A stretch of DNA of 62,978 bases, counting the filler, from Stramenopiles sp. TOSAG23-6 (taxonomy: Eukaryota): the NCBI GenBank assembly GCA_900128565.1. It is 13 parts of 13 records of this genome, joined end to end, with 100 filler letters (N's around TTAATTAATTAA, not from the genome) between each part and the next. Parts side by side here need not be neighbours in the genome. Positions count along the whole stretch, not along the records: positions 6,537 to 12,972 come from LT636700.1; positions 13,073 to 19,507 come from LT636701.1; positions 19,608 to 26,031 come from LT636702.1; positions 26,132 to 32,553 come from LT636703.1; 9 more parts are not named here. One strand, 5' to 3'. The notes under the pieces were generated by a model. That model was not told the DNA's origin. It made no database searches and saw nothing but the letters and a program-made list of their open reading frames with translations. The position numbers and the translations under genes were made by a program. Shown piece by piece: positions 12,882-26,182 of this stretch (within the stretch, counting starts at the first letter, position 1; every line of letters starts with the position of its first letter).

Positions 12882-13339
12882 ATGTATTGTAAAAAATATT
12901 TTTTTTTGATTTTTTTTGTTAGGTACAAAATTTCGTATGAAACAAAAATAATTAGACAAAAAATTGAAAAAANNNNNNNNNNNNNNNNNNNNNNNNNNNN
13001 NNNNNNNNNNNNNNNNTTAATTAATTAANNNNNNNNNNNNNNNNNNNNNNNNNNNNNNNNNNNNNNNNNNNNAAAAAAAAAAAAAAAAAAAAAAAAAATT
13101 GTACAAAAATTTTGTACCTAACAAAAAAAAAATTCATTCATTTTGAAAAAAAAAATTTTTTTTTTTTTTTCACAAAATTGTAAGAAATATTGTATTTGAA
13201 AAAAAAAAAAAAAAATTTTGAAATTTTGAAATTTTGAAATTTTGAAATTTTTTTAACCATTTCGAGTTGTAGTACATTTTGTACTTGACAAAAAAAAAAA
13301 AAAAAATTTGAAATTTTGAAATATTTAAAAAAAAAATTA

Positions 13340-13537
13340 ACAAAAAAAAAAATTGAAATATTATTTCCAACCCATCTACATTTTCAAACACCTTTCGAAT
13401 TGTCACAATATGTCATAATAGATCCTCAATGGCTAATAAATATGACAACATGTGTCATCCGAGATTTTAATATACACGAAAAACGAAAAGATAAAAAAGC
13501 ACGAAAAATGTATTTTATTATAAAATGAATTTCATTG

Positions 13538-13570
<33 letters not shown>

Positions 13571-15451
13571 TACCAAAATTTTGTACCTAACAAAAAAAAA
13601 ATTCATTCATTTTGAATAAAAAATATTTTTTCACAATAAATGTTGACACTATGGAAAGATCTTTGTCAATTTGGGATTTTAGATCAAAGATTATTACATT
13701 TTTTATGGAATGAATATGATGAAAAAGTCCGCTCATTTATGTTGGATTTATTGTATGTTTTTTTTTTTTTTTAATTTTGTTTTTTTCGTACGAAATTTTG
13801 TACCTAACAAAAAAAAAAAAAAAAAAAAATTGAAATATTTTTTCACAAAATAAACATCATTTTGGTTTAGTTTGTCGCATTGATGTGAATGAAATGAAAT
13901 ATTTACTTCCTTCCATCGCTTTACGGAACAGACCTGTACAGGAAAAGAAAACACCAAATGTCCAAAATTTTGAAAAAAATATTGAAAAAAATTTTGAAAA
14001 AAATATTGAAAAAAATATTGAAAAAAATATTGAAAAAAATATTGAAAAAATTTCCTATACATTTCGTATACAATTTCAATCATCACAAAATCAAATTTGT
14101 TTACCTCCTGGATTTTTTGAGAGATTAATTGCTGGCGTTGTCCGTCGTTCACATGAAAGTTGCTGTATGTTTTCATTTCAATTTCGAATTTTTTTTTTCG
14201 TACGAAATTTTGTACCTAACAAAAAATTTTAGATTTTTTTTTGAAATATTTTTCAAAAATACATGGGGACGTAGCCAAAAGCCTATATTTGGTGACAGGT
14301 TTGTCCAAATAAGTTTTGGTGAGAATTCGTTTGAGATTGCTCCTGTTTATATTGAAAACATTTCAATTTTGAATGTATTAGGTATGGAATTTCATAGTGA
14401 AAATTCTCAACATGTTGTTGCAAGTATTTGTGTGGCAGTATTGACAGGTTCGTTCCAAAAGATTATTGATGAAATTCTTTATATTGCAGTAGATATATAT
14501 GTTTTATTTTTTTTCAATTTTTTGTCTAAATTTTTTTTTTGTAGGAAATTTTGTACCTAACAAATTTTCAAAATTTTTTTTTGAAATATTTTTACAAAAT
14601 ATATTGATGCTTCCTTTTTTAGTGGTTGTCTTGAACCATGTTTGTTTGTATTATTCAGTTTTTTTTTTTAGTTTTGTACCTAACAAAAATGTTAAAAAAA
14701 AAATTATTTATTTTTGTCAAAAAAAAAAAAATTTTTTTTTTATAGTAAATTTTGTACCTAACAATTTTTTTAGATTTTTTTTTGAAATATTTTCTCATTC
14801 TATATTTGCAATTTTAGAATTACGTAATCAAAAATGTACTATTAATAATACAATATATAGTCCATCTAACCCTAACCCTAACTCAATGAAAGGATTTAAT
14901 GCAAGACATCCTCAATGTAATGTCATTGCTGAAATAAATGCAAAATCTGCTGAATTTGATTTAAATTGTCAAAAAAAAAAATTTTGGTGTTGGGACAAAC
15001 CTGCTGGTGTTGAAAAATTATATGATGGTGTTTTATTTACACATTGGTTACTTGAGGAAGATTCTACTACTACTAACCCTAACCCTAGTAATTTTACTAC
15101 TACTACTAATAATAATAATAATAATAATAATAATTCTAATGATATTGATACTACTAACCCTAACCCTAGAGAATGTAAAGACAAAAATATTTTTTCTAAT
15201 GAACCGGGTATCTCGGAGTTATTTTCATTAGGGTTTTTATTTCATTCAAAAAAAACGCCATTTTATAGAGTCAAAAAAATATCTCAATCATTATTAGGAA
15301 AAGGAGCTTTTGGTAAAACATATTGTGTATCAAAATTAAACAATTCTACTACTATTGATACTACTACTACTAATAACAATAATACTAACACTAATACTAA
15401 TAATAATAATAATAATATTGATGATGATAATATTGATATTACTATTACTAA

Positions 15452-15489
<38 letters not shown>

Positions 15490-15578
15490 CTACTATTACT
15501 ACTACTACTAATAATAATAATAATACTAATAATAATGATAATATTGATATTACTACTACTACTACTACTAATAATAAC

Positions 15579-15610
<32 letters not shown>

Positions 15611-17302
15611 TGACGTCATTTTCTATCAAAACAACAGTACTACACGAAATCTCCAAAAGCTTAAAAAGGACAATATTCATAATGACGTCATTCTATATGC
15701 GATGAAAATTGTTGATATTTCACTTTTATCTAAACAAAATGGCGCATCTATAAAAAATCTTCACAAAGAAATTCAAATACTTCAAACATTGTATGTTTAA
15801 AAAAAGTGAATTTCAATTTTTTTTTTGTAGTAAATTTTGTACCTAAGAAAAAAAAAAAAAAAATTATAGAAAATTAACAAATTTCAAATGTAAAATATTT
15901 TGTTACAAATACATACAACATAAAAATATTGTCCAATTATATGACGCATTTTGGTGCTCCTCTGGTTTCATTGTACAACACACGAAAAACCTACAAAATA
16001 GTACAAAACAAATTTATAATTCTTGTTTGTTTCCATCAATTATTTCAATTTTTTTTTTTTTCATAGTAAATTTTGTACCTAACGTTTTTTTTTTTTTTTT
16101 TTGTGAAATATTTTCCCTAAAATTTATTATGTTTACAAATGGAACTTTGCGATATGACTTTGCTTCAATTGATTAATAATGGACAATATAAAGGTATACC
16201 AGTGGTACCAAATATTACAAAAATGTTTTTAATTCAAATTGTTGATGCATTGGCGTGGGTTTTATTTATTTATATTTTTTTTTTAAATTTATATTTTTTT
16301 TTTAAATTTTTTTTTTTAAATTTTTAAATTTTTTTTTAAAATTTTTTTTTTCAAAAACTTAAAATATAATTCTATCTTCAATATCACTACACAATATATA
16401 TATATGCATGCCAATGATATAATACATCGTGATATTAAATTAGATAATATTATGATTGTCAATTCGGAAACTATAAAAATTTGTGATTTTGGTCTCGCAA
16501 CTAAAATTTACCCTTTAAATAAAAATGTGAAAAATATAAATGATGATACACTTGATATGAAAACTTTACAATGTCAAAGAGGTCATATTTGTTATCGAAG
16601 TCCTGAAAATATAATGTTTGTTTTCATCACTCATTTAAAAAAAAAAAAAATGATGAATTTTTTTTTTTTTTTATTATTTTTTTTTAATTATTTTATTAAC
16701 TTAAAATTTATCGTCAATACATATATATATTTTTTTTTGAATTATTTCATGTCAACTTAATGTATCATTAATGTTGTAAGATATATGTTTTTACTGTACA
16801 TGGGGTTTACACTTGACTATGGTGATGATATCTGGGCTTTAGGGTTGTACGTTTTGTAAAAAAAACAAAAAACATTTTGTAGTAAATTTTGTACCTAACG
16901 ATATTTTGTACACTAAAAAAAAAAAATATTTTTTCACAAAATTGAATTATTGTTGAGTTATTGACAGGTATGACAATTGTTCACAGAATACGTCGTAACA
17001 CGAAATATCAAGATAAATTTAATCCTGGTTGTTGTTACCCAGCGGTTAGAAATACAATTTTATTACAAGATTTAATAAATGAGGTAAATGAAATTGTTAC
17101 AACAGTACAAATCGATAACCCTAACCCTAGGAGTACTACAGGAGTACAAATTGATAACCCTAACCCTAGGAGTACTACAGGAGTACCAATCGATAACCCT
17201 AACCCTAATGTTTCAATGTTATCAAATTTTGTACAGTATTGTTTAAATATAGATGCAAAAAAGAGATGGAATGCTAAAAAATTATTAGAAATATTGAAAT
17301 AA
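13340..17302 (+). CDS. COR-like plus Ser/Thr kinase (Roco-like) protein, 5'-partial (start approximate), 10 reconstructed introns
   Basis: VIIDPQWL and LPPGFFERLI (COR-like); LGKGAFG, YAMK, LQHKNIV, HRDIKLDN, DFG, SPE, DIWALG; introns 13510-13641, 13753-13853, 14165-14264, 14497-14604, 14640-14805, 15791-15914, 16025-16127, 16255-16399, 16616-16801, 16847-16944. Confidence 0.75.
15340..15610 (+). repeat. (AAT)n/(ACT)n low-complexity tract encoding poly-N/T
   Basis: Seen directly; lies between the kinase Gly-loop and the YAMK lysine. Confidence 0.9.
15791..15914 (+). mobile_element. Repeat-family intron, GT...AT
   Basis: ACA TT|GTATG...AAATACAT|A CAA CAT gives the conserved kinase L-x-H-x-N-I-V. 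Confidence 0.85.
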
Positions 17303-17491
17303 AACAACAAATTTTATTAAAAATTTTAAAAATTTGAATGAAATTTGATTCATTTTTTTTCATTTTTTTTTCATTTTCATTTCATTAAAAAGAAAAATGA
17401 TTAAAAAAAATTGACTGTACAATATTTTACACACATCATATAAATTTTCTGTCCATTTTTTTATCATACACTTTTTTAATGTCCAAAAGAG

Positions 17492-18865
17492 TTAAGGTTG
17501 CGGAAGCTTATTCGCCGTTTTCCAGTACCAGGTCCAGTTGGAGCTCTCGTCAGAATTCGGCCGGAACAAAAATTTAAGAATGTCGAGATTGTCCCCTGTT
17601 ATATTAAAAGTCCTCAGCCTCTCTGTACCTTCAATTGTATAATTGCCCAAACGATTTAAAAGACTTTCATTTTGACTTTCATTTTGACATATACATTCAC
17701 ACAAACATACGTTTTCCCCTCCAGAAGCATTTGGATCACCCCATGGATTTTCCTTTGCATAATTACACATATAAGGATAACAACCCATATTGTAACCACA
17801 GTCACATTTTTCCATAACCTTACATGTTTCCTTAGGCGTGAGATTTAGTAGTTTATCATCTCTCACTTCAAACAATACAGAAAATTGGATCACACCTTCT
17901 TGCTGGTCTTGAGGAAGGCACTCCAAATCGATTGCGCTGGTTTCGGTAGCAGCTCCAAACAGCGGATACAAAATACTCACAGATGTACTCCGCTTAAGAG
18001 CTGCTGTTGTTCTTGTGGGAAACGTTACTTTATAATAACCATTTTCCAAACAGAAAAAATTGTCGCCTTTGGAGTCAGGGACTTTGAAACCAGTAGAAGG
18101 TACGTTGGGGTTAGGAATGGAAAAAAGTTCAAAATTTTGGTGTGAACCTATATCAATCTTCACTTCTTTTTTACCTTTTTCACATACCATTAAAGAAAAA
18201 TACGGCTGTTGCTTCTTCAAAGTATTAAAATGTTTCACAATACCGTTGTATTCAATTTTACCGGAAGTATCTGTAGAATGCAATTGATACAAACCAGGCA
18301 AGACACATGCTCGTTGCTTGTGAATCATTTGCTGCTTTAGAAAGAGACCTTCGTTCGAGTTATAAATTTCCACAGAAGCATTCGATTGATCCAAAGATAT
18401 GGCAATCTCGATATACCTTAGAGAACAGTGAACTTCAAAGTCACATTTATGGTTGTATGGGTTCCCCCATGCACGAGCACATATTTGTTCTGTGCCATCG
18501 ACGTGAGTCATCGTGATTCTGTGCGTCTTAAACCAAACATTCCATATGGTATTTTGTTTTGTTGAAAAGGTGACGACGTGTTTCCCAGGCAACAAACATA
18601 CATAACCATCAGTACCAGGAACATTAGAGTCATTCTTTGTATCATCGAAAACAATAGATGCACCGGAACAATCAGACCACGAAGTCGGATACCAAACTGA
18701 GTTAAAATAACCCATGATTCCCCCACTCCTCGTTTCACACGTAAGATTAACTTTTGTTTGTCCTGGACAAACATCACCAGAAAAATCAGCACCTATAACC
18801 TCATTACCAACGGCATGTGAAACGCATACTGGAAGAAGTAGAATGTAAATAAAAAAGCTTTTCAT
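17492..18865 (-). CDS. Secreted cysteine-rich protein, unknown
   Basis: N-terminal signal-like peptide, repeated C-L-x-x-G-x-Y motifs, no intron. Confidence 0.65.
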   Translation of the reverse strand: MKSFFIYILLLPVCVSHAVGNEVIGADFSGDVCPGQTKVNLTCETRSGGIMGYFNSVWYPTSWSDCSGASIVFDDTKNDSNVPGTDGYVCLLPGKHVVTFSTKQNTIWNVWFKTHRITMTHVDGTEQICARAWGNPYNHKCDFEVHCSLRYIEIAISLDQSNASVEIYNSNEGLFLKQQMIHKQRACVLPGLYQLHSTDTSGKIEYNGIVKHFNTLKKQQPYFSLMVCEKGKKEVKIDIGSHQNFELFSIPNPNVPSTGFKVPDSKGDNFFCLENGYYKVTFPTRTTAALKRSTSVSILYPLFGAATETSAIDLECLPQDQQEGVIQFSVLFEVRDDKLLNLTPKETCKVMEKCDCGYNMGCYPYMCNYAKENPWGDPNASGGENVCLCECICQNESQNESLLNRLGNYTIEGTERLRTFNITGDNLDILKFLFRPNSDESSNWTWYWKTANKLPQP

Positions 18866-19451
18866 ATCTTATTTGTTAGTTATCAATGTGTTGACAATTA
18901 CAAAGGAATATCTTTTTTATGTCCTTCCTTTAACAAAAAACCTCGGGTCAAAAACCTTTCGTAGACGTAACCGTATTACACGAAATCCAGAAAAAAATGG
19001 TTCACTCTTGTTTTTTCCAGTCGAGAGTCAAAATTAAGCAAAAAAAAAAAAAAAAGTACATAATATTTTACGGTTTTGTACCTAAAAGTACGACAAAAAT
19101 TTCATCGTTTCATTCATTTTTAGAAATTTATCTCATTATAATCGTAATATAACAAAATATATTGTAAATGTCAGTGTCAATTTCCTACTTTCTTTGGCAA
19201 GAGGATCAAAATTATTTCAAACATTTCAAATTAAAAAAATTTCAAAAATTTGTTAGGTACAAAATTATCTACAAAAAAAAACTACATTTTTTTTTTGAAG
19301 TAAACAATTTTTTTGAAAAGACAATTACAATATACATAAAGTATATTATTTTTAATCTCAGACAGTATGAATATGTATTTCTCATTGTATATTTCTTTGG
19401 AACTACCCGCAGAAATTCGATAAAAGATTTGTCGTCATTGATTTAAAAAAA

Positions 19452-19507
<56 letters not shown>

Positions 19508-19643
19508 NNNNNNNNNNNNNNNNNNNNNNNNNNNNNNNNNNNNNNNNNNNNTTAATTAATTAANNNNNNNNNNNNNNNNNNNNNNNNNNNNNNNNNNNNN
19601 NNNNNNNAAAATTTTAATTACATTTCATTTATAATGTTATATG

Positions 19644-22600
19644 TTAACTAAGATCAAATCCTGATTTTGATGTAATAACGTATAATAGTTTGTTTTTCAT
19701 TACTTTTGAAGAACTATAGTTTGGTAACTTCAGTACATTAAAACAAGTCGAAGCTGTTGGCAATCTTTCATTATCACTACGAATGGTCACACAGCGTACA
19801 CAAAATTTTGGTTCCAGTGATTGAAACCCTAACCTCGGTGGGCTTGACGATGACGTCACAAATTTCAAGAGAAGACATTTTTCTTGATGACTCATTAGGG
19901 TTAGGGTTTTCCAAAATCGACGCATGAAAGGACCATTTGTCAATGCACCTTCTACTTTTGTGTATTTACGTAAATCTTCAACATCAACTGGAGTAGCATC
20001 TCCAGAAATAAGAATTTGAAGTTCTGGCTCGGAAAACATAAATTTTGGAAAAATATTCCAAAAAAAATCTAAAAAAATTTGTTAGGTACAAAATTTACTA
20101 TGAAAAAAATTCAATTTTTTTGTTAAAAAAAAAAATAAAACATACATTTTTAACCATTCAGAGTTGATAATTTGATAAAGTCCTCGCTTGAAAGCTGACA
20201 CTTGTTTTGCAGTTCTCTGATTCAGATGATAATTTGCTAATAAATATGTATACTTGAAACGATTATTTTCATGTACTTCAACACTAGACCCTCCAGGAAA
20301 AAGCTCAATTGTTCTATTTTCACCCATGGCGCAATCTGTCACGGTAAAATCCAAGCATAAATCAGAAACATTTTCCTTCATGTTTTTCAAAAAAATTAAA
20401 TTTTTGAACAATTCTTTGTCTAGAATGTATTGTGAAAAAATATTTTTTTTGTAAAATTTGTTAGGTACAAAATTTCTTACGAAAACCAAAAAAAAAAAAT
20501 TCGATTTTTTTGTAAAAATAAAATAAAACATATGTGACCAAATCATCTAAATAATTTTCCTTTCCTAGTAATTTTCTTAGAAAATGTCTTGCAAACCGCG
20601 GTTGAACAACTAAATTTTCATATAGTGCCTTGCCTAAAATTTGTCCAAGAAATTCAAAATTATCCTCTGTATTTTCACCAATTGCTTTTTCTGAATCAGG
20701 ATTTGGATAAAGCAAACCATCATCTGTTAATTTGAATAAACCATAGAATGGATCAAATGCTACTTCTGAAATTGAATTCCAGAGTTCTTTAAACAATCCT
20801 CCTAGGTCTTGTCCTTTTTCTTGTATACCATTTGATGCTATAAAAGTAACTGATATACGCTTTCGAATGTTTTTTTTCAATAAGAACAATTCTCGAAAAG
20901 AATCAGCAAATATAGAATCCCGTCTCACTAAAATACGCTTATAGGGTTGGGCATTTTTTGGTTGATGATGAGTTTTATCTTTCAATATTTTTGATTCAAA
21001 AATTTTAATTCTTTCTTCAAATGAAACCAAATAAGAACAATCCCGTAAAACTTGATCAAATAGTTTTGAATCATTTCTTACCATTGATAGTATATTGTTG
21101 TCAGCAAGCCATTCACTCCTTTTGCATATTGGTTGTCGCCCATTTCTTTCATATAAATTTTGCATTAGACAACATATACATTGTAAAAGATATTTTGGAA
21201 ATTGATTTTTTTCATTTTGTGTTTTGTTGCTAAATAGTCTTCTGCAGTTTTGTTTTGGTTCAAAATCAGAGAAAAATAATGGTTTTGAATTCATTTGTTT
21301 TACATTTGTTGTACCCAAGTATAAACGTAACAATAATTTCTTCAGTATAGCGATGATTCGGATGATTTCATGAAGATGCAAAGGTTTTCCTTTTTCGTGT
21401 AATTCTACATCATCAACAACAAGTAAAAGATGTGACAGGCACTGACAAAATATCGCCAAAGCTTGACAAATATCGAGATTACTATGAAAATTCTTTGAAC
21501 TATATTGTGGATGATATTCATTAATTGAGGATTCAAACTCATCAGTACTATCCATAAACAACCATAGCACTTGTGGAAATGGTGTTGAAAAGGAAAGAGT
21601 GTTTAATAAAGCACTTTTATCACCAGCTGTTGTGACATCAGCTTGGAGTTGTCGATTCCACATAGTACAGATAGAAAAAATTGCACATTTTCTTTTTATA
21701 CTTATTCTTGTTTTTTTCATTACACTCGGAAATTTTATGTTTTTTGCTGTAGATGTTGCAAGCTTGTAGGATAGAGACGTCGTATTTGTGAGAGGTCCCT
21801 GTTTTATTATTGATGTTGGTCTCGATGACAATGTCTTACTATGTAATAGAGTTTTTGCCCATTTAGCAGTAGATTGCATAAATTCCCATGCAGATGTTTT
21901 TTTTTTCAAAGTACGAGCAGTAAGAGGTTCCATCATGATAGATTTATTAATTTCGAATTTTGTTTTTGTTTCAATATCATCAATAATTCCAGTATCCGCC
22001 GATTTCATAGCATCAACTTCAAGTTGAAATAAAGCAGTGACAATTTGTCGTACGTTTTGTTCACATGACAGTAAGGATAATTGTTTTACTAATACTGGTG
22101 GTAAACTAATAATTTTCATAACATGTAAAGTATTCAAATGTATTCGTGGTTCGCTACCTAACAAAGATAGTGGCATTTTCAATGATATTAAACTTATTGT
22201 TGTCACATAATCAAAAATTACATTTGTTTTTGCAATATTTGCGTTTCTACATAAAAAATGTACTCGTAACAAATTTCCTAAGAGATATATTTGACAAAAT
22301 ATTTCAAAAAAAAAATCTAAATTTTTTTGTTAGGTACGAAATTTCGTATGAAAATGTTTTTTTGGAAATAAATTAGAAATTCAAATAAAACGTACATAGA
22401 GTAAGGAACCTCCTTTATCAAGGGATGGTAGAAAAAATGGATTTGATGGTGAAATCTCCTCAACTAAAGAAAGTGTAGATGGTTGAATACTATATTTCAT
22501 CAAACACGACCATATAGAAATATTTTCAATTTGTGGCTTAGGGTTAGGGTTATTTTGATGGCTATTTTTGTTTGAAACTATATTTTGGTCATTTTGGTAT

Positions 22601-23664
22601 TGTAAAAAAAGTTTGAAGAAATCTTCAAGGCAATTTGCTGAAATATTATCAGATAAAAGCGGAACTGTCAAGATAGAAGTAATCACTCCTTTAAGCAGAT
22701 TCTCACGTGCCTCTCCAGATATGTTTCGTAGTATTACTTTTATTATTTTAAATGTAGAATTAAAAGAATTAGAATGAGCTTCGGTTCTCATCTGACCATC
22801 CTTTTGAAAATTGTTTACATTTAGTTTGAAATCATTTTTAAATTGTCCCAAATCTATTGTTGATAATACAATATGTTTACGTAGTTGAGATAACACAAAA
22901 AGAGAGGTGTACTGTCTTTTTCTTGGTTTTTGTTCAGGTACAAAAATTTGTTTATTGTTCGTTTCTTCATTGTGTTTAGGGTTAGGGTTGTTTGATTCCT
23001 TTATTGAGCTGGTTGTTAAAAAATGCAACAAAACATTAATTTCAGTACGAATTTCATCCATTTTATCCTGAGATATGTCGTGTTCCACGTTTTGAATATT
23101 TAGAATTCCAATTTCACGAGGCTCAAGAAGTGTAACTATAAGTTGGGCAACTGTTCCAACTGGTTCACATAAACAAATGCTAATTAGTTTCTGAGATAAT
23201 TGACGCCACTGATTTTTTTTAGTCACCGCAAGAGAAACAAAATTGGAAATCAAGTGTGGACTATGACAACTACGTACAAGGAGAGCTGATAGGGTACACA
23301 GTCTATGAAAATTATTCTGTACCATGCATCTAGTTTTATGAAAAGAAAAAGGCATACCAAACCAATGTCTCGGTGTACAGAAAACAAGCAACTCCCGTAA
23401 TAAATGTAACAAACTTTGTGTAGGTGGTAAGAAAGGAATATTTGAAGCTTTCATTAAAGCTGCTACTTTTAACAAATCAGCCATCTTTTTATCCCACTGT
23501 GATTGTAATTCTAATCTAAATTTACGAGCATAATAAAAACCTCTCCAAAGAGACTGTAATTGAATAGCAAGCTTTGTCGAATCTTTCGCAGCCTTTCGTG
23601 CAGCTCGCTTTGCTTTTGCTGCTTCGAGAAATTCTTTTCTGCCCATACGCTTATGGCGATCCAT
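19644..23664 (-). CDS. HECT E3 ubiquitin ligase, UBE3B/C family; introns 22395-22285, 20533-20425, 20145-20038
   Basis: IQ motif AIQLQSLWRG; GQDLGGLFKE, FLGQILGKALYE, RLPTASTCFNVLKLPNY...SGFDLS*; start codon uncertain. Confidence 0.9.
20425..20533 (-). mobile_element. Repeat-family intron, apparent AT...AT termini
   Basis: GTC AC|ATATGTTTT...CAATACAT|T CTA GAC gives DDLVTLDKEL, matching HECT DDLxSLDxEL spacing. Confidence 0.7.
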
Positions 23665-24058
23665 TGGGCTTGAGGTTTTAGTCAAAAAATTTGCATATTA
23701 TACCAGGTATTCTTGTTTTGTTTGCAAATTTAATAAATGATGTAGCTTTTAATTTGATAAACAATTCTTCCGACCTAAAAAAGAGTGTCAAGATGAAAAA
23801 ATTTAAAATTTTAACAAAAAAAAAAATGTTCAAATTTTGAACGTTAACCGGATTTTACCCGCGGTATGCGATCAATCGCGATGGGATTGAAATGTTTTTT
23901 TCTTTTGTAGTGTGATTTTTTTTAGAGTGGATATAAAAGTGTTTTCTTATTATAGATGGAATCACTAATTATTAACCACCAATTTATAATTAAAAAAAAT
24001 GTAAAAAACATTTTCAAACAAGAAATTTAGAAAATATTTTTTTAAATCAAACATTCCA

Positions 24059-25965
24059 TTATATCGTCGATGTTATCACGGATGAAGTCTGTCCTATCAT
24101 CACAAACGCGACTGGCACTTTTTTCCTATTTGCATTTGAAGAAAACAAATCTAGGCTTCTATCGGCGATATAATGTAAACTTTTATGCCAAGCATTATCA
24201 TTCCGTGTACTTGCATCATTATCTAGAGAGTCGCGTACTGGTAAATTTGGCAATCCTATAAAATTCATAGCGCTGCACGATCCAGAGTATGCCCGTAGTA
24301 ATTCAGTCATAATAGCATATCTTTTGGAAGGTGCCGATGTATCATTTATTTCAAATTTTGTGTTGGAAGAATCAATTGTATTATCCGGGCTATCAACACT
24401 GTAATCGATTGAAAGTTCTGATGTGCCATAACCACCAATACTTCCTCTTAACAAAGGTTGCTTTGCATCACCGCTAGAAAACCGTCGTTCAGCTGTTTTT
24501 GCACCTGCTTCTTGATTTTCTTCATCGATAATATTCTGATCTGTATCCTCTGTGCATTGGGTAGCATCAGCAACAGAAAAATTTCTAATTGACATTGAAA
24601 AACAATCTGGAGTTGTAGGAATGATCTTCATAATATCATCACTGGAAACATTGACGTCATCAATAAAAATACAATGTAAATCTTCTTGGTCTGGAAATAT
24701 TCTAGCATCTGTCAAACGTAGCCATAGCATTGAAATTACACTGTCTTTATATGAATTTAATAAATTCACATCATAGTCACCATCACCATCATTACCACCT
24801 CTCATTTCTTCTGGTATCATACTTAAAGGCACTAAATTAAACACACGAAGTCTTGAACCTTTACAAAATCGTTGATTTAATGATAATATATGAGCAAGAT
24901 AAAGTGCAAGCGATGACGTATCTGAGAATGTAAATGGCTTAAGTGGATCAAAATCTTCACTTGACAGAAACTTACCCGCATTTAACCAGACATTAATATA
25001 ACTTCCCTGCGGAGTTACTTGCGAATTTTTCTTTACATTAAAATCGTCCCAAATATTTCGTGAATCAAAATTTGCTGCAACGACAAGATTTTTCCGAAGG
25101 CTAATAGCATCACGGAGTATATATTTTGGAAAAATATTTCAAAAGAAAAATCGTTAGGTACAAAATTTACTATAAAAAAATAANTNCGAANTAAAAAAAA
25201 ANATACATATCTAAAAATGCACTAGGTTCATTTTCAAGAAAAGGCATATTTCTCATATTTCTATCTGAATTTTCATTATTTTTACTCTCACCAATCCTAC
25301 TACTTTCATTACCGTCTTTTCTTGACAACGGCAGAACAACCGTATTAACATCCATAGCTCCAAGACCTGAACAAGTCATTAGTAAACGGCAACCAACCCG
25401 TTTAGAACTAGCCATTGTCACTTGTGGAAATGCTTTCAAACTCGAATCACGAATTAAAGAAAGCCATGAATTTCGACGTTTCTCTAACGCATCGGCCATG
25501 AGCGAGACATCATCACCAACTAAAACAGAACCTGCGATAAAGATACCACCTTTTTTACTATATTCACAAAATGTAACGAGATCTCTAGAATCAAGACTAT
25601 CAACAAGTAATAAATAAGAAGGTCGCCAGAATTTAGCATTAGAAGAAGTATCTAACTTTAGTAGAAACTTTCGTAATTGATGAAACATCAAAGCCTGTGA
25701 TATGTCTCCCCAATCTTTTTGTAAATCATTAAAGTATATTAGAAGAAAAATGAATATCAGTGCCGTGATTCCACCCAAAGCAGAAATAGGTGATAACCAT
25801 ACCATTACACCAATATTGAGGAAAAATCCAATCGCTGATGTTTTTTTGTTTACAAAATGTCGAAACACAGGCCTAAAATTGGGCGCACCAGTCATTATTA
25901 GTAGAAAACATGTTAGGTTACATAAGGCATACGATAAGCAAAAAAAAGATGTAATTACTGGGGCA
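24059..25965 (-). CDS. SLC12 cation-chloride cotransporter, C-terminal part; intron 25206-25119
   Basis: GAPNFRPVF, WGDISQALMFHQLRKFLLKLD, KFWRP, SGLGAM..NT, C-terminal VITSTI. Confidence 0.85.
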
Positions 25966-26182
25966 ATGTATTTTGTAAAAATATTTCAAAAAAAAAAAAA
26001 CTAAAATTTGTTAGGTACAAAATTTCGTACGNNNNNNNNNNNNNNNNNNNNNNNNNNNNNNNNNNNNNNNNNNNNTTAATTAATTAANNNNNNNNNNNNN
26101 NNNNNNNNNNNNNNNNNNNNNNNNNNNNNNNACGAAATTTCGTATGAAAAAAAAATTAAATTAGAAATTCATATAAAACATA

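Noticed and set aside
6832-14560. Recurrent ORF peptides FFVRNFVPNK / YEILYLT / TKFCT
   Set aside because: Translations of the intron repeat, not a protein motif
14969-15705. Poly-I/L hydrophobic ORFs in alternative frames
   Set aside because: Shadow frames of the AAT/ACT microsatellite
6805-17000. Repeated GTACCTAAC motif with unique spacers resembling a CRISPR array
   Set aside because: Spacers are exons of eukaryotic genes, spacing is irregular and no cas genes are present
20038-20145. Reading the introns as classical U12 AT-AC
   Set aside because: Donors lack ATATCCTT, the branch motif is too far from the end, and asymmetric junctions favour GT...AT
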